Source of the DNA: Paraferrimonas sp. SM1919
GTDB taxonomy: Bacteria > Pseudomonadota > Gammaproteobacteria > Enterobacterales > Shewanellaceae
DNA length: 32,000 bases
Assembly: GCF_010993985.1 (NCBI RefSeq)
Contig: NZ_WINH01000005.1
Coordinates: 34,721-66,720, forward strand
Direction: 5' to 3'
Shown here: in pieces, positions 18,524-25,717 of the stretch
Layout: the number at the start of each line of letters is the position of its first letter
Position numbering within the stretch: the stretch's first letter is position 1
The notes under the pieces: model-generated
Told to the model about the DNA's origin: nothing
What the model saw: the letters and a program-made list of their open reading frames with translations, nothing else
Database searches by the model: none
Translations under genes and position numbers: made by a program

Positions 18524-19502
18524 TTTTCTTACCTTGAATGAACTGCTGTATAAGTTGTTGGTTTTGTTCATTTTGTTGACTTAGGCTGGTAATCAATAAT
18601 TGTTGGGCCTGGTTTTCATTTTTGAGTGATGATATTTGTTGGTTTTCGATACGAAGTGATGCATCAGCTTGTTTAAGTTGCTGCGTAAGGTCTTGTAATT
18701 TCTCATTAGCTATTGAATGGTTTAGCGTTAAGTCTTGGATGACTTGCTGTTGTTGAGTTAATTGTTCTTCGAGCTGGTTAACTTTGTCATTAAGATTGTC
18801 ATTGGTTAATTGCAGTTGATGATTATTTTGGTTACTTAAGGATTGTTGCTGTTGCATTTGTTCTATCTTCTGCGATGCCAGATTCAGTTGTTGCAAGTGG
18901 TTTTGTTGTTGCTGTTCAGCATAAGCTTGCAATTGTTGCCTTTCCCGTAAACTTTGCTCGCTAAGGTGTTGCAATTGCCCTTGCATTTGTACGTTGTCTT
19001 GCTGCAATTGTTTATTATGTTGCTGCTGTTGTTGTTGCTTGTCTTGGTGATGCTCCAATTTCAGTTGGAGCTCTTTCAGTTGTGTCTTTAAGTGTTGATT
19101 CTGTTCATTTAAATCTTCAACTTTGGCAGTGGTATGTTCCAAAGCAATCCTTTTCTGTTCGAGTTCAAGTTCACACCCTGCGAGTTTAGCGGTTGTTTTT
19201 GTCACTTCGTCTTGTAAATGCAGTTGTAACTGATGGGCCTCTTGCTCTAATCGTTGCCATTTGAACTGTGCATCTTTTTGTAATTGTTGGTACAAAGATT
19301 CAATCACTTGAATTAGCCCATGGGGTAGGCTAGTGGGTTGTTCATGTTGGTGACGCCACTGCTTAAGCATTGGCGCGATAGTGCTTTTGCTGCCACCGCC
19401 CAACGCATCTCTAACCTTATCTACTGTAGGATTTTCTCCCTTAGCAGCCAGTTCTTCAGCAGCCTGTTTTACCTGTTCGTAAACAATCCCTATTCTTGCC
19501 AT
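18516..19502 (-). CDS. KfrA_N-type DNA-binding protein with a long glutamine-rich coiled coil
   Basis: 328 aa. The N-terminal 50 residues (VKQAAEELAAKGENPTVDKVRDALGGGSKSTIAPMLKQWR) match the plasmid KfrA N-terminal DNA-binding domain pattern (GExPT..KVR..LGGGS..TI...L..WR). The remainder is heptad-like and rich in Q, L, E and N, including a QQQQQQ run. Confidence 0.7.
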   Translation of the reverse strand: MARIGIVYEQVKQAAEELAAKGENPTVDKVRDALGGGSKSTIAPMLKQWRHQHEQPTSLPHGLIQVIESLYQQLQKDAQFKWQRLEQEAHQLQLHLQDEVTKTTAKLAGCELELEQKRIALEHTTAKVEDLNEQNQHLKTQLKELQLKLEHHQDKQQQQQQHNKQLQQDNVQMQGQLQHLSEQSLRERQQLQAYAEQQQQNHLQQLNLASQKIEQMQQQQSLSNQNNHQLQLTNDNLNDKVNQLEEQLTQQQQVIQDLTLNHSIANEKLQDLTQQLKQADASLRIENQQISSLKNENQAQQLLITSLSQQNEQNQQLIQQFIQGKKND

Positions 19503-19588
19503 GGTAATTAACTCACTATTTGTAACGTATTATGTAATATGTAATTATTTTAATTTAAGTGGTCTAATTATACAAATATTTATCATTT

Positions 19589-19622
19589 ATTAGTTTCGAT
19601 AATGTATATTATCGAAATTTAA
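19589..19622. other. Candidate tyrosine-recombinase core site (lox/dif-like, 13-8-13)
   Basis: Sequence is ATTAGTTTCGATA-ATGTATAT-TATCGAAATTTAA. A perfect inverted repeat TTTCGATAAT / ATTATCGAAA lies at 19594-19603 and 19608-19617. The 14 nt ATAATGTATATTAT (19599-19612) are identical to the centre of E. coli dif. The spacer matches 6 of 8 positions of the loxP spacer ATGTATGC. The site lies about 40-70 bp upstream of the Cre-like recombinase gene. Confidence 0.55.
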
Positions 19623-19662
19623 TGAGTTAAAATATGCCGATATAGCTGTACTGTTCGGTACA

Positions 19663-20697
19663 GTGACGAATAGGGATTTTGGCACTCAAATGGCGAAACA
19701 ATCACAACCAGCAATCATGTCTGTTTTTACACAATCACAGCAGCAACTGCCGCAAGCCAGCGCTGTATATCCTGAAGAGCAACAATTGTCAGTAGCCGCA
19801 AAGGAATTGATGAGTCATGGAACTTCTGCAAACACTCGTAAGAGTTACCAAAGTGCTATTAAGCAATTTATTGCTTGGGGTGGCCGTTTACCCAGCAACA
19901 AAATCCAAATTCTTAATTACATTTCAGAGCAATCTCAAAGTTTGAATACTCGCAGTTTAGATCTCCATCTAACGGCTATCAGTCAGTGGCATTATTTGCA
20001 GGAATTCTCCGACCCTGTCCGTTCACCTGAAGTAAAAAAAATAATGCAAGGACTCAGACGGGTTCACGGTAAGCCAAAGCAACAAGCTAAAGCCCTTAGC
20101 GTGGCCGAATTAAAATTGATCTGTGGTTCCTTAGATAATGAAAATTTATCTGCGATCAGAGATAGGGCGATGATTTTAGTTGGCTTCGTTGGCGCGTTTA
20201 GACGAAGTGAGTTAACCGCTATTGATTTTAACGATCTGACGTTCACTGAAGAAGGTTTGCTGATCAAAATCAAAAGAAGCAAAACCGATCAATTTTCCCA
20301 AGGAAGCACTAAAGCTATCCCATATTCTCCTTTTGAGGATTTATGCCCTGTTCGAGCTATGCAAGGGTGGCTAGAGCACGGGAATATTGTCAGTGGAGCG
20401 GTGTTTAGAGGGATAAACCGTTGGCAGCAGCTTTCTGCCAATGCCATCTCAGACACGAGCGTTAACCAAATCTTAAAAAATCGTGCCAAAGCGGCTGGCA
20501 TAAAAGATCATCAATTGCTCAGTGGTCATAGCCTACGTCGTGGCATGGCTACAGAATCTTCAAAAGTCGGAGTGGAATTCAATTTAATTAAGAAGCAGGG
20601 TGGTTGGCGTAGTGATCAGACCCTGTGGCAATACATTGATGAGGGTAAAGCCTTTACTGATAATGCTGCTCACTTGCTATATCAAGCATTTAAGTAA
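19663..20697 (+). CDS. Tyrosine site-specific recombinase, Cre-like
   Basis: 344 aa from GTG 19663; ATG 19690 is an alternative start. Catalytic signature: Arg in GAFRRSEL, Lys in KRSKTDQ, HxxR in GHSLRRG, Trp in GGW and the Tyr nucleophile in WQYI. The C-terminal pattern GHS.R.G.A...G.....I...GGW.......YI parallels Cre (GHSARVGAARDMARAGVSIPEIMQAGGWTNVNIVMNYI). Confidence 0.85.
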   Translation: MTNRDFGTQMAKQSQPAIMSVFTQSQQQLPQASAVYPEEQQLSVAAKELMSHGTSANTRKSYQSAIKQFIAWGGRLPSNKIQILNYISEQSQSLNTRSLDLHLTAISQWHYLQEFSDPVRSPEVKKIMQGLRRVHGKPKQQAKALSVAELKLICGSLDNENLSAIRDRAMILVGFVGAFRRSELTAIDFNDLTFTEEGLLIKIKRSKTDQFSQGSTKAIPYSPFEDLCPVRAMQGWLEHGNIVSGAVFRGINRWQQLSANAISDTSVNQILKNRAKAAGIKDHQLLSGHSLRRGMATESSKVGVEFNLIKKQGGWRSDQTLWQYIDEGKAFTDNAAHLLYQAFK

Positions 20698-20803
20698 AGT
20701 CAGTGCGATTAATCATGCTGTTTTAGGTATCTAGCGCCGGGACATTTGTTGTTAATAATCGTAAACGTTTGCTGGTGAAGTGGTTATTCAGTTATTTGGG
20801 GCA

Positions 20804-20841
20804 TAAAAAAAGCATCGATACTGGTGTAATCGATGCTTTTT
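20804..20841. terminator. Bidirectional rho-independent terminator between the recombinase gene and ilvH
   Basis: AAAAAAA-AGCATCGAT-(9 nt loop)-ATCGATGCT-TTTT. The A-tract and T-tract flank a perfect 9-bp stem, so it can serve both convergent genes. Confidence 0.75.
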
Positions 20842-20858
20842 AACTGCAAAGCTTAGGG

Positions 20859-21356
20859 CTAAGCCTTCATGGCGCGCTCACCACGGGCAATGCCAACGAT
20901 GCCAGTACTGGCAGTCTCGATAATTTCGGCACTATCGTCAATCGTTTTAACAAAAGCATCGACTTTATCTGAATCACCAACCACTTGGATGGTGTAATGC
21001 TTCGCGGTCATATCAACGATTTGGCCACGGAAAATATCAGCAATCCGTTTCAATTCGTCTTTAAGCTGTGGGGTGGTTGCTTTTACCTTAACTAATACCA
21101 CTTCACGCTCAATATGCTCACACTCGGTAATGTTCATCACTTTTAGAACATCAATCAATTTATGCAATTGCTTTTCAATTTGCTCAAGGCTTTTCTCATC
21201 AACACTGGTGGTAATGTTCAGACGGGACAAGGTTGGGTCATCCGTCGGCGATACCGTTAATGATTCAATGTTGTAACCACGCTGTGAAAACAAACCCACC
21301 ACACGAGATAGGGCACCTGGTTGGTTTTCTAGTAATAATGATAAGATCCTTTTCAT
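20859..21356 (-). CDS. ilvH: Acetolactate synthase (AHAS III) small regulatory subunit
   Basis: 165 aa with an ACT-domain N-terminus, [35 protein letters not shown], typical of IlvH. The start overlaps the ilvI stop (TAATG). Confidence 0.93.
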   Translation of the reverse strand: MKRILSLLLENQPGALSRVVGLFSQRGYNIESLTVSPTDDPTLSRLNITTSVDEKSLEQIEKQLHKLIDVLKVMNITECEHIEREVVLVKVKATTPQLKDELKRIADIFRGQIVDMTAKHYTIQVVGDSDKVDAFVKTIDDSAEIIETASTGIVGIARGERAMKA

Positions 21357-23068
21357 TATGTACGCTCCGTCTTACTTAGGTACATTTCACTCATATCACC
21401 GCCACGAACTTGCATTGGGTAAACGTGCTCAGTTTCATCTACGCTAACATCAACAAAGACTAACTTGTCCTTAATGCTGAATGCTTTTCTGAGGCCTTCA
21501 TCCAATTCATCCGGGTGGTTAATGTTAATACCAACATGACCATAAGCTTCTGCAATTTTAACGAAATTAGGGACTGAATCCATATAAGAATGAGAATGGC
21601 GTCCTGAGTAGATCATGTCTTGCCACTGCTTAACCATACCTAAGAAACGGTTATTCAAGTTTACAATCACCACCGGTGTATCGTATTGCAGTGCTGTCGA
21701 TAACTCTTGAATATTCATTTGAATTGAACCATCACCGGTAATACAAACCACGGTGTCATTAGGGAAGGCCATTTTAACACCCATAGCAGCTGGTAAACCA
21801 AAGCCCATGGTGCCAAGACCGCCAGAGTTAATCCAACGACGTGGTTTATCAAATGGGTAATACAGCGCGGCAAACATTTGGTGCTGGCCTACGTCAGAAG
21901 TCACATAAGCATCGCCATTGGTAATCTCATATACTTTTTCAATAACCGCCTGAGGTTTAATTCGATCGCCAGAGGTGTCGTATTTTAAACATTGTTTAGC
22001 ACGCCATGCACCGACATCATCCCACCATGCGCTTAAATCATTGCCGGTTAACTTTTCTTTAGCAATCATATGCAACATACGTTCGAGAACTTTATCCGCA
22101 CTACCAACAATTGGAATATCCGCATTCACTGTTTTTGAAATAGACGATGGATCGACATCGATATGCAAAATCGTCGCGTTGGGGCAGTATTTCTCCAGAT
22201 TATTGGTGGTACGATCATCAAAACGGACACCAATACCAAAAATCAAATCACTATTATGCATTGCCATGTTGGCTTCGTAAGTACCATGCATACCTAGCAT
22301 CCCTAAACTTTGCTCATGAGTCGCTGGGAAAGCACCCAGTCCCATTAGGGTACTAACCACTGGGATATTCAACGTTTCAGCGAGTTTAATCAGATGTTCA
22401 GAACACTCTGCCATAACCGCACCACCGCCGACATAAAGCACAGGCTTTTTAGCCTGAAGCAGAGCCGTTAACCCTTTTTGAATTTGGCCTTTATGCCCTT
22501 GAGTGGTCGGGCTATAAGAACGCATTTTAATTTTTTCTGGATACAAATAGTCATGCAGTAATGCAGGATTTAATACATCTTTCGGAATATCAATGACCAC
22601 AGGGCCAGGACGACCACTTGCAGCTAGATAAAATGCTTTTTTAATAATAGTTGGAATTTCAATGGCTTCTTTTACTAAGAAACTGTGTTTTACAACAGGG
22701 CGAGAAATACCCACCATGTCACACTCTTGGAAAGCATCGTTACCAATAAGATTACTTGGTACCTGACCAGATAAAACCACTAACGGTATAGAGTCCATAT
22801 ACGCCGTTGCAATACCCGTAATTGCATTGGTGGCACCTGGACCTGAAGTCACTAATACAACCCCGACCTCGCCGGTTGCGCGGGCATAGCCATCAGCCAT
22901 ATGCACAGCGGCTTGCTCATGGCGAACAAGAATATGCTCAACGCCACCTTGCTGATGCAGTGAATCATAAATATCTAAGACAGAGCCACCCGGATAACCG
23001 AATATCGTCTTAACCCCCTCATCAATCAGTGAACGAACAATCATGTCCGCACCCGATAACCTTTCCAT
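21356..23068 (-). CDS. ilvI: Acetolactate synthase (AHAS III) large catalytic subunit
   Basis: 570 aa ThDP enzyme ([14 protein letters not shown], the ThDP-binding motif [14 protein letters not shown]...[12 protein letters not shown]). It is paired with ilvH. Confidence 0.93.
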   Translation of the reverse strand: MERLSGADMIVRSLIDEGVKTIFGYPGGSVLDIYDSLHQQGGVEHILVRHEQAAVHMADGYARATGEVGVVLVTSGPGATNAITGIATAYMDSIPLVVLSGQVPSNLIGNDAFQECDMVGISRPVVKHSFLVKEAIEIPTIIKKAFYLAASGRPGPVVIDIPKDVLNPALLHDYLYPEKIKMRSYSPTTQGHKGQIQKGLTALLQAKKPVLYVGGGAVMAECSEHLIKLAETLNIPVVSTLMGLGAFPATHEQSLGMLGMHGTYEANMAMHNSDLIFGIGVRFDDRTTNNLEKYCPNATILHIDVDPSSISKTVNADIPIVGSADKVLERMLHMIAKEKLTGNDLSAWWDDVGAWRAKQCLKYDTSGDRIKPQAVIEKVYEITNGDAYVTSDVGQHQMFAALYYPFDKPRRWINSGGLGTMGFGLPAAMGVKMAFPNDTVVCITGDGSIQMNIQELSTALQYDTPVVIVNLNNRFLGMVKQWQDMIYSGRHSHSYMDSVPNFVKIAEAYGHVGININHPDELDEGLRKAFSIKDKLVFVDVSVDETEHVYPMQVRGGDMSEMYLSKTERT

Positions 23069-23534
23069 ATGCTACCTCTTTATTCTTTACAGTAGACCAA
23101 TATAGGCTTTTGCTGTTATTGATTCATTAACACCATAATAGAACTTTAACAAACAAATTGTTATTTAAAATTTTTGAAATAGGCTTAAATTTGGTAGCAA
23201 TTATTGCAATTTTGACTTCAGCAAAATGCAATCAACACAATAACATAAGGTAATAACGGCAAATTCCAGTCAATTTAACTTGAACCTTTGTTCCTGACTT
23301 ACTTTTCTTTCTGTTTGTTCAAAGTTCATCCACCCACTAACTAAGGTCAATTAACCTCAAACATTATGTATAAAAATTAGCCTAGCTATAATCGCTTTTT
23401 CATTTAAAGCATTGCTCAGCCCAGCGCTAATACTTCTTTATCTATAGCATCCTTGCTGTACGCTTTTTTGCGTATAAGTTTTGGTGATAATTCGTTATTC
23501 GCCATCTGTTCGCTCTGTATGACACTTACTAGTA

Positions 23535-24782
23535 TTAGCAATTAATTTTGGGAAGCTGTTGCCAGGAACTTAAATAGCTAGGTGATAAAAAATGACGCTG
23601 CATTTGCCAAGGTCGTTCTCCTACCATGCGGCTAGGGGTAATGGTGTGACGACCGTATTTAGCATTAATTTCATCTACGCAATTCATTAATTGTGGGCAA
23701 TTAGGGTACTGGTTAAACATGTCTTTTTGATAATACTGACTGCTCTCTAATAGGGTTGCTCCTACACCACATTTGTAAAACGGTATGCCTGCTTGATAGA
23801 GATATTTTGCACAGGCTGCAATACTCTGACTGATAACTCGGTCATCATCGAAACCATAGGGGAATTCAATTATTTTACTGCGCCTAACATAATTTTCCTT
23901 ATGGGGTGAGCTATGGGCAAAAAGCAGCATTTTTTTAATTAATAATCTTTGCTTGCGTGCTTTTGTGCATACTTCGACCCCATGACTGACCAATGCTTGG
24001 GTCAGTTCATCAATATTGCTGACGCCCTGACCAAAAGTGCGCGTTGCAAAAATTTGCTGATTTTCCGCTGGCAATTGATCCCATTTTAATACCGCTTGAC
24101 CTTTTAGCTCTAACACGGTGCGAGCTAAAGGCCTACCAAAAGCTCGTCTGATACGCTGAGGTGATTGCTCAGCTAATTGCCAAGCACTATGGATATCCAT
24201 CAGTGCCAATTTCTTAGCCAGTCTACGACCTACGCCCCATACTTGCTCGACTTTCATCTGCTTTAAAATCTGACTACGGCTGATTTCGCCATCAATTACC
24301 GCGACACCACTAAAACCTGATAGCTTTTTAGCCGCATGATTTGCGGCTTTCGCCAAAGTTAAAGTTGGGCCAAACCCAACACCTACCGGTAGCTTCAACT
24401 GTTGCCATATCTGTTTACGTATAGTTAATCCTAATTTGGCAAAACTATGTTGGTATCCTTGATAGTGCTGAAAGCACTCATCAATAGAATACACATACTG
24501 GTTATCACAAAAACTTTGGCAAATGTTCATCATGCGCCGGCTAAGCTCCCCATAAAGGGCATAGTTACTGGAGCGGATCACTACGTTATGACTGGCTAAG
24601 AGCTCCCTGAGCTTAAAGTAGGGCTCAAATTTAGGAATATTAAACTTTCTTGCCAGCGGACAAACCGCACAAATGCAGCCATCGTTATTGGTTAATACCA
24701 CAACAGGTTGGCTGCGTAAGCTAGGATCGAGGCTTTTCTCACAGGAGGCATAAAAACTAATGCCATCAATTAAGGCATACAC
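23535..24782 (-). CDS. umuC: DNA polymerase V catalytic subunit UmuC (Y-family)
   Basis: 415 aa. The N-terminus MYALIDGISFYASCE parallels E. coli UmuC MFALCDVNAFYASCE, and the SIDECF motif is present. It overlaps the umuD end by 13 nt. Confidence 0.92.
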   Translation of the reverse strand: MYALIDGISFYASCEKSLDPSLRSQPVVVLTNNDGCICAVCPLARKFNIPKFEPYFKLRELLASHNVVIRSSNYALYGELSRRMMNICQSFCDNQYVYSIDECFQHYQGYQHSFAKLGLTIRKQIWQQLKLPVGVGFGPTLTLAKAANHAAKKLSGFSGVAVIDGEISRSQILKQMKVEQVWGVGRRLAKKLALMDIHSAWQLAEQSPQRIRRAFGRPLARTVLELKGQAVLKWDQLPAENQQIFATRTFGQGVSNIDELTQALVSHGVEVCTKARKQRLLIKKMLLFAHSSPHKENYVRRSKIIEFPYGFDDDRVISQSIAACAKYLYQAGIPFYKCGVGATLLESSQYYQKDMFNQYPNCPQLMNCVDEINAKYGRHTITPSRMVGERPWQMQRHFLSPSYLSSWQQLPKINC

Positions 24783-25192
24783 GCTTGGATCACCTCTGTT
24801 AATCGTTGCCCAGCATGTATTCTGATTGACGTGCTAATGACACCTTCAATTTGAAATTCATCCCATTCATTGATAGCAACAGGGCCATACTTAGGGTGCG
24901 CAGAACATAATTGCCGTCGTTGTTTATCCAATAGCTTACACACAAAGCTGCCATTATAGTTAGCAACAATAATATCCATATGGACAGCGGTAATGGCTCT
25001 ATCGACTAATAATAAATCACCAGAATAAATGCCAACCCCTTGCATGCTGTCACCATTGGCAATACCAATAAAGGTAGCATTAGGGTGTTCAATTAACAGT
25101 TTATCAAGGGATAAACCGAGTTCTAAATATTGCGCCGCTGGAGATTCAAATCCCGTGATCCCAGCTTCAGCATATAGGGGAATAACCTGCAT
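24770..25192 (-). CDS. umuD: DNA polymerase V subunit UmuD (LexA-like S24 peptidase)
   Basis: 140 aa. It has GFESPAAQY (E. coli GFPSPAADY), the catalytic Ser in GDSM and a Lys in FVCKLL. An SOS box lies upstream. Confidence 0.9.
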   Translation of the reverse strand: MQVIPLYAEAGITGFESPAAQYLELGLSLDKLLIEHPNATFIGIANGDSMQGVGIYSGDLLLVDRAITAVHMDIIVANYNGSFVCKLLDKQRRQLCSAHPKYGPVAINEWDEFQIEGVISTSIRIHAGQRLTEVIQACMP

Positions 25193-25214
25193 ATATTATA
25201 CACACCAAAAAAAG

Positions 25215-25234
25215 AACTGTTTATTTATACAGTA
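25215..25234 (-). promoter_or_regulatory. LexA (SOS) box of umuDC
   Basis: On the gene strand it reads TACTGTATAAATAAACAGTT, against the consensus TACTGTATATATATACAGTA (CTGT-N8-ACAG). It sits about 25 nt upstream of the umuD ATG. Confidence 0.85.
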
Positions 25235-25251
25235 TATGGTTGATGTGGCAA
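25224..25251 (-). promoter_or_regulatory. Putative sigma70 promoter of umuDC overlapped by the SOS box
   Basis: On the gene strand: TTGCCA (-35, 25251..25246), a 16-nt spacer, then TATAAA (-10, 25229..25224). The -10 element lies inside the LexA box. Confidence 0.4.
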
Positions 25252-25304
25252 TAGATCCAGATTAAATAAAACGGAGCGCTCAAATTGTGAACTGAGACAT
25301 TCCA

Positions 25305-25655
25305 TTAATAGTGATCTAAATGGGCGACATAGGCGGTCATAATAAAGAACGCTTTACTGATAGGTTGATGCTGTAACTCGTCTTGGGTGCACAGGGCGGT
25401 GAGGCCTTTTAGGAGTGGGCTTTCAGGCATTTCAACCAAAGGCTGTACATACTCAATAATATTGGTTAGCTTATCGATATAGTCTAGGGATTCGGCATCG
25501 TTTACTGTCGGCCCCGCGGCTTGGCGAGCGTATTTTATTAATAGGGATAGGGTGAAATAACGACCATGACAGAAGCCGAGAATATAACTGCGTTTCTGCT
25601 CTTCGCTGAAGTCTATAAACTCAGCACAGCTAATGTCATTTATATAGTTAGACAA
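25305..25655 (-). CDS. Hypothetical small cytoplasmic protein (116 aa), no recognisable motif
   Basis: The only ORF of this size in the interval. It has a TTG start, a weak Shine-Dalgarno and no signal peptide or TM segment. It is the last gene of the orphan cluster. Confidence 0.45.
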   Translation of the reverse strand: MSNYINDISCAEFIDFSEEQKRSYILGFCHGRYFTLSLLIKYARQAAGPTVNDAESLDYIDKLTNIIEYVQPLVEMPESPLLKGLTALCTQDELQHQPISKAFFIMTAYVAHLDHY

Positions 25656-25717
25656 ATTTATAGTCCCAATAACTTATTCCCTATAAGTATGGATAAAAAT
25701 TTAAATTCAACAAGTTA

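Noticed and set aside
18524-18571. 16-residue N-terminal extension of the Tus ORF (MNKTNNLYSSSFKVRK)
   Set aside because: It overlaps the end of the upstream gene. ATG 18523 gives a classic coupled start, and the N-terminus aligns better with the length of E. coli Tus.
19511-19533. Second Ter-like string AACTCACTATTTGTAACGTATTA in the kfrA-like/recombinase intergenic region
   Set aside because: Only TTGTAAC matches. The G preceding the core and the conserved G at Ter position 6 are both absent, giving about 11 of 23 identity. This is too weak to call, although its promoter-proximal position recalls E. coli TerB.
19646-19663. CTGT...ACAG palindrome as a LexA box controlling the recombinase
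   Set aside because: The spacer is 10 nt, not 8, and the flanks do not match the TACTGTATAT consensus. I kept it only as an unassigned inverted repeat.
17660-20697. The integrase-containing segment as a classical integrated genomic island or prophage remnant
   Set aside because: There is no tRNA or tmRNA target, no flanking direct repeats, no phage, transposase or conjugation genes, and no obvious compositional break. The flanks are tightly packed core genes.
23416-23505. 29-aa ORF (MANNELSPKLIRKKAYSKDAIDKEVLALG) as an ilvIH leader peptide
   Set aside because: It has no run of Ile/Leu/Val regulatory codons and no downstream attenuator hairpin with a U-tract. It also lies about 350 bp from ilvI.
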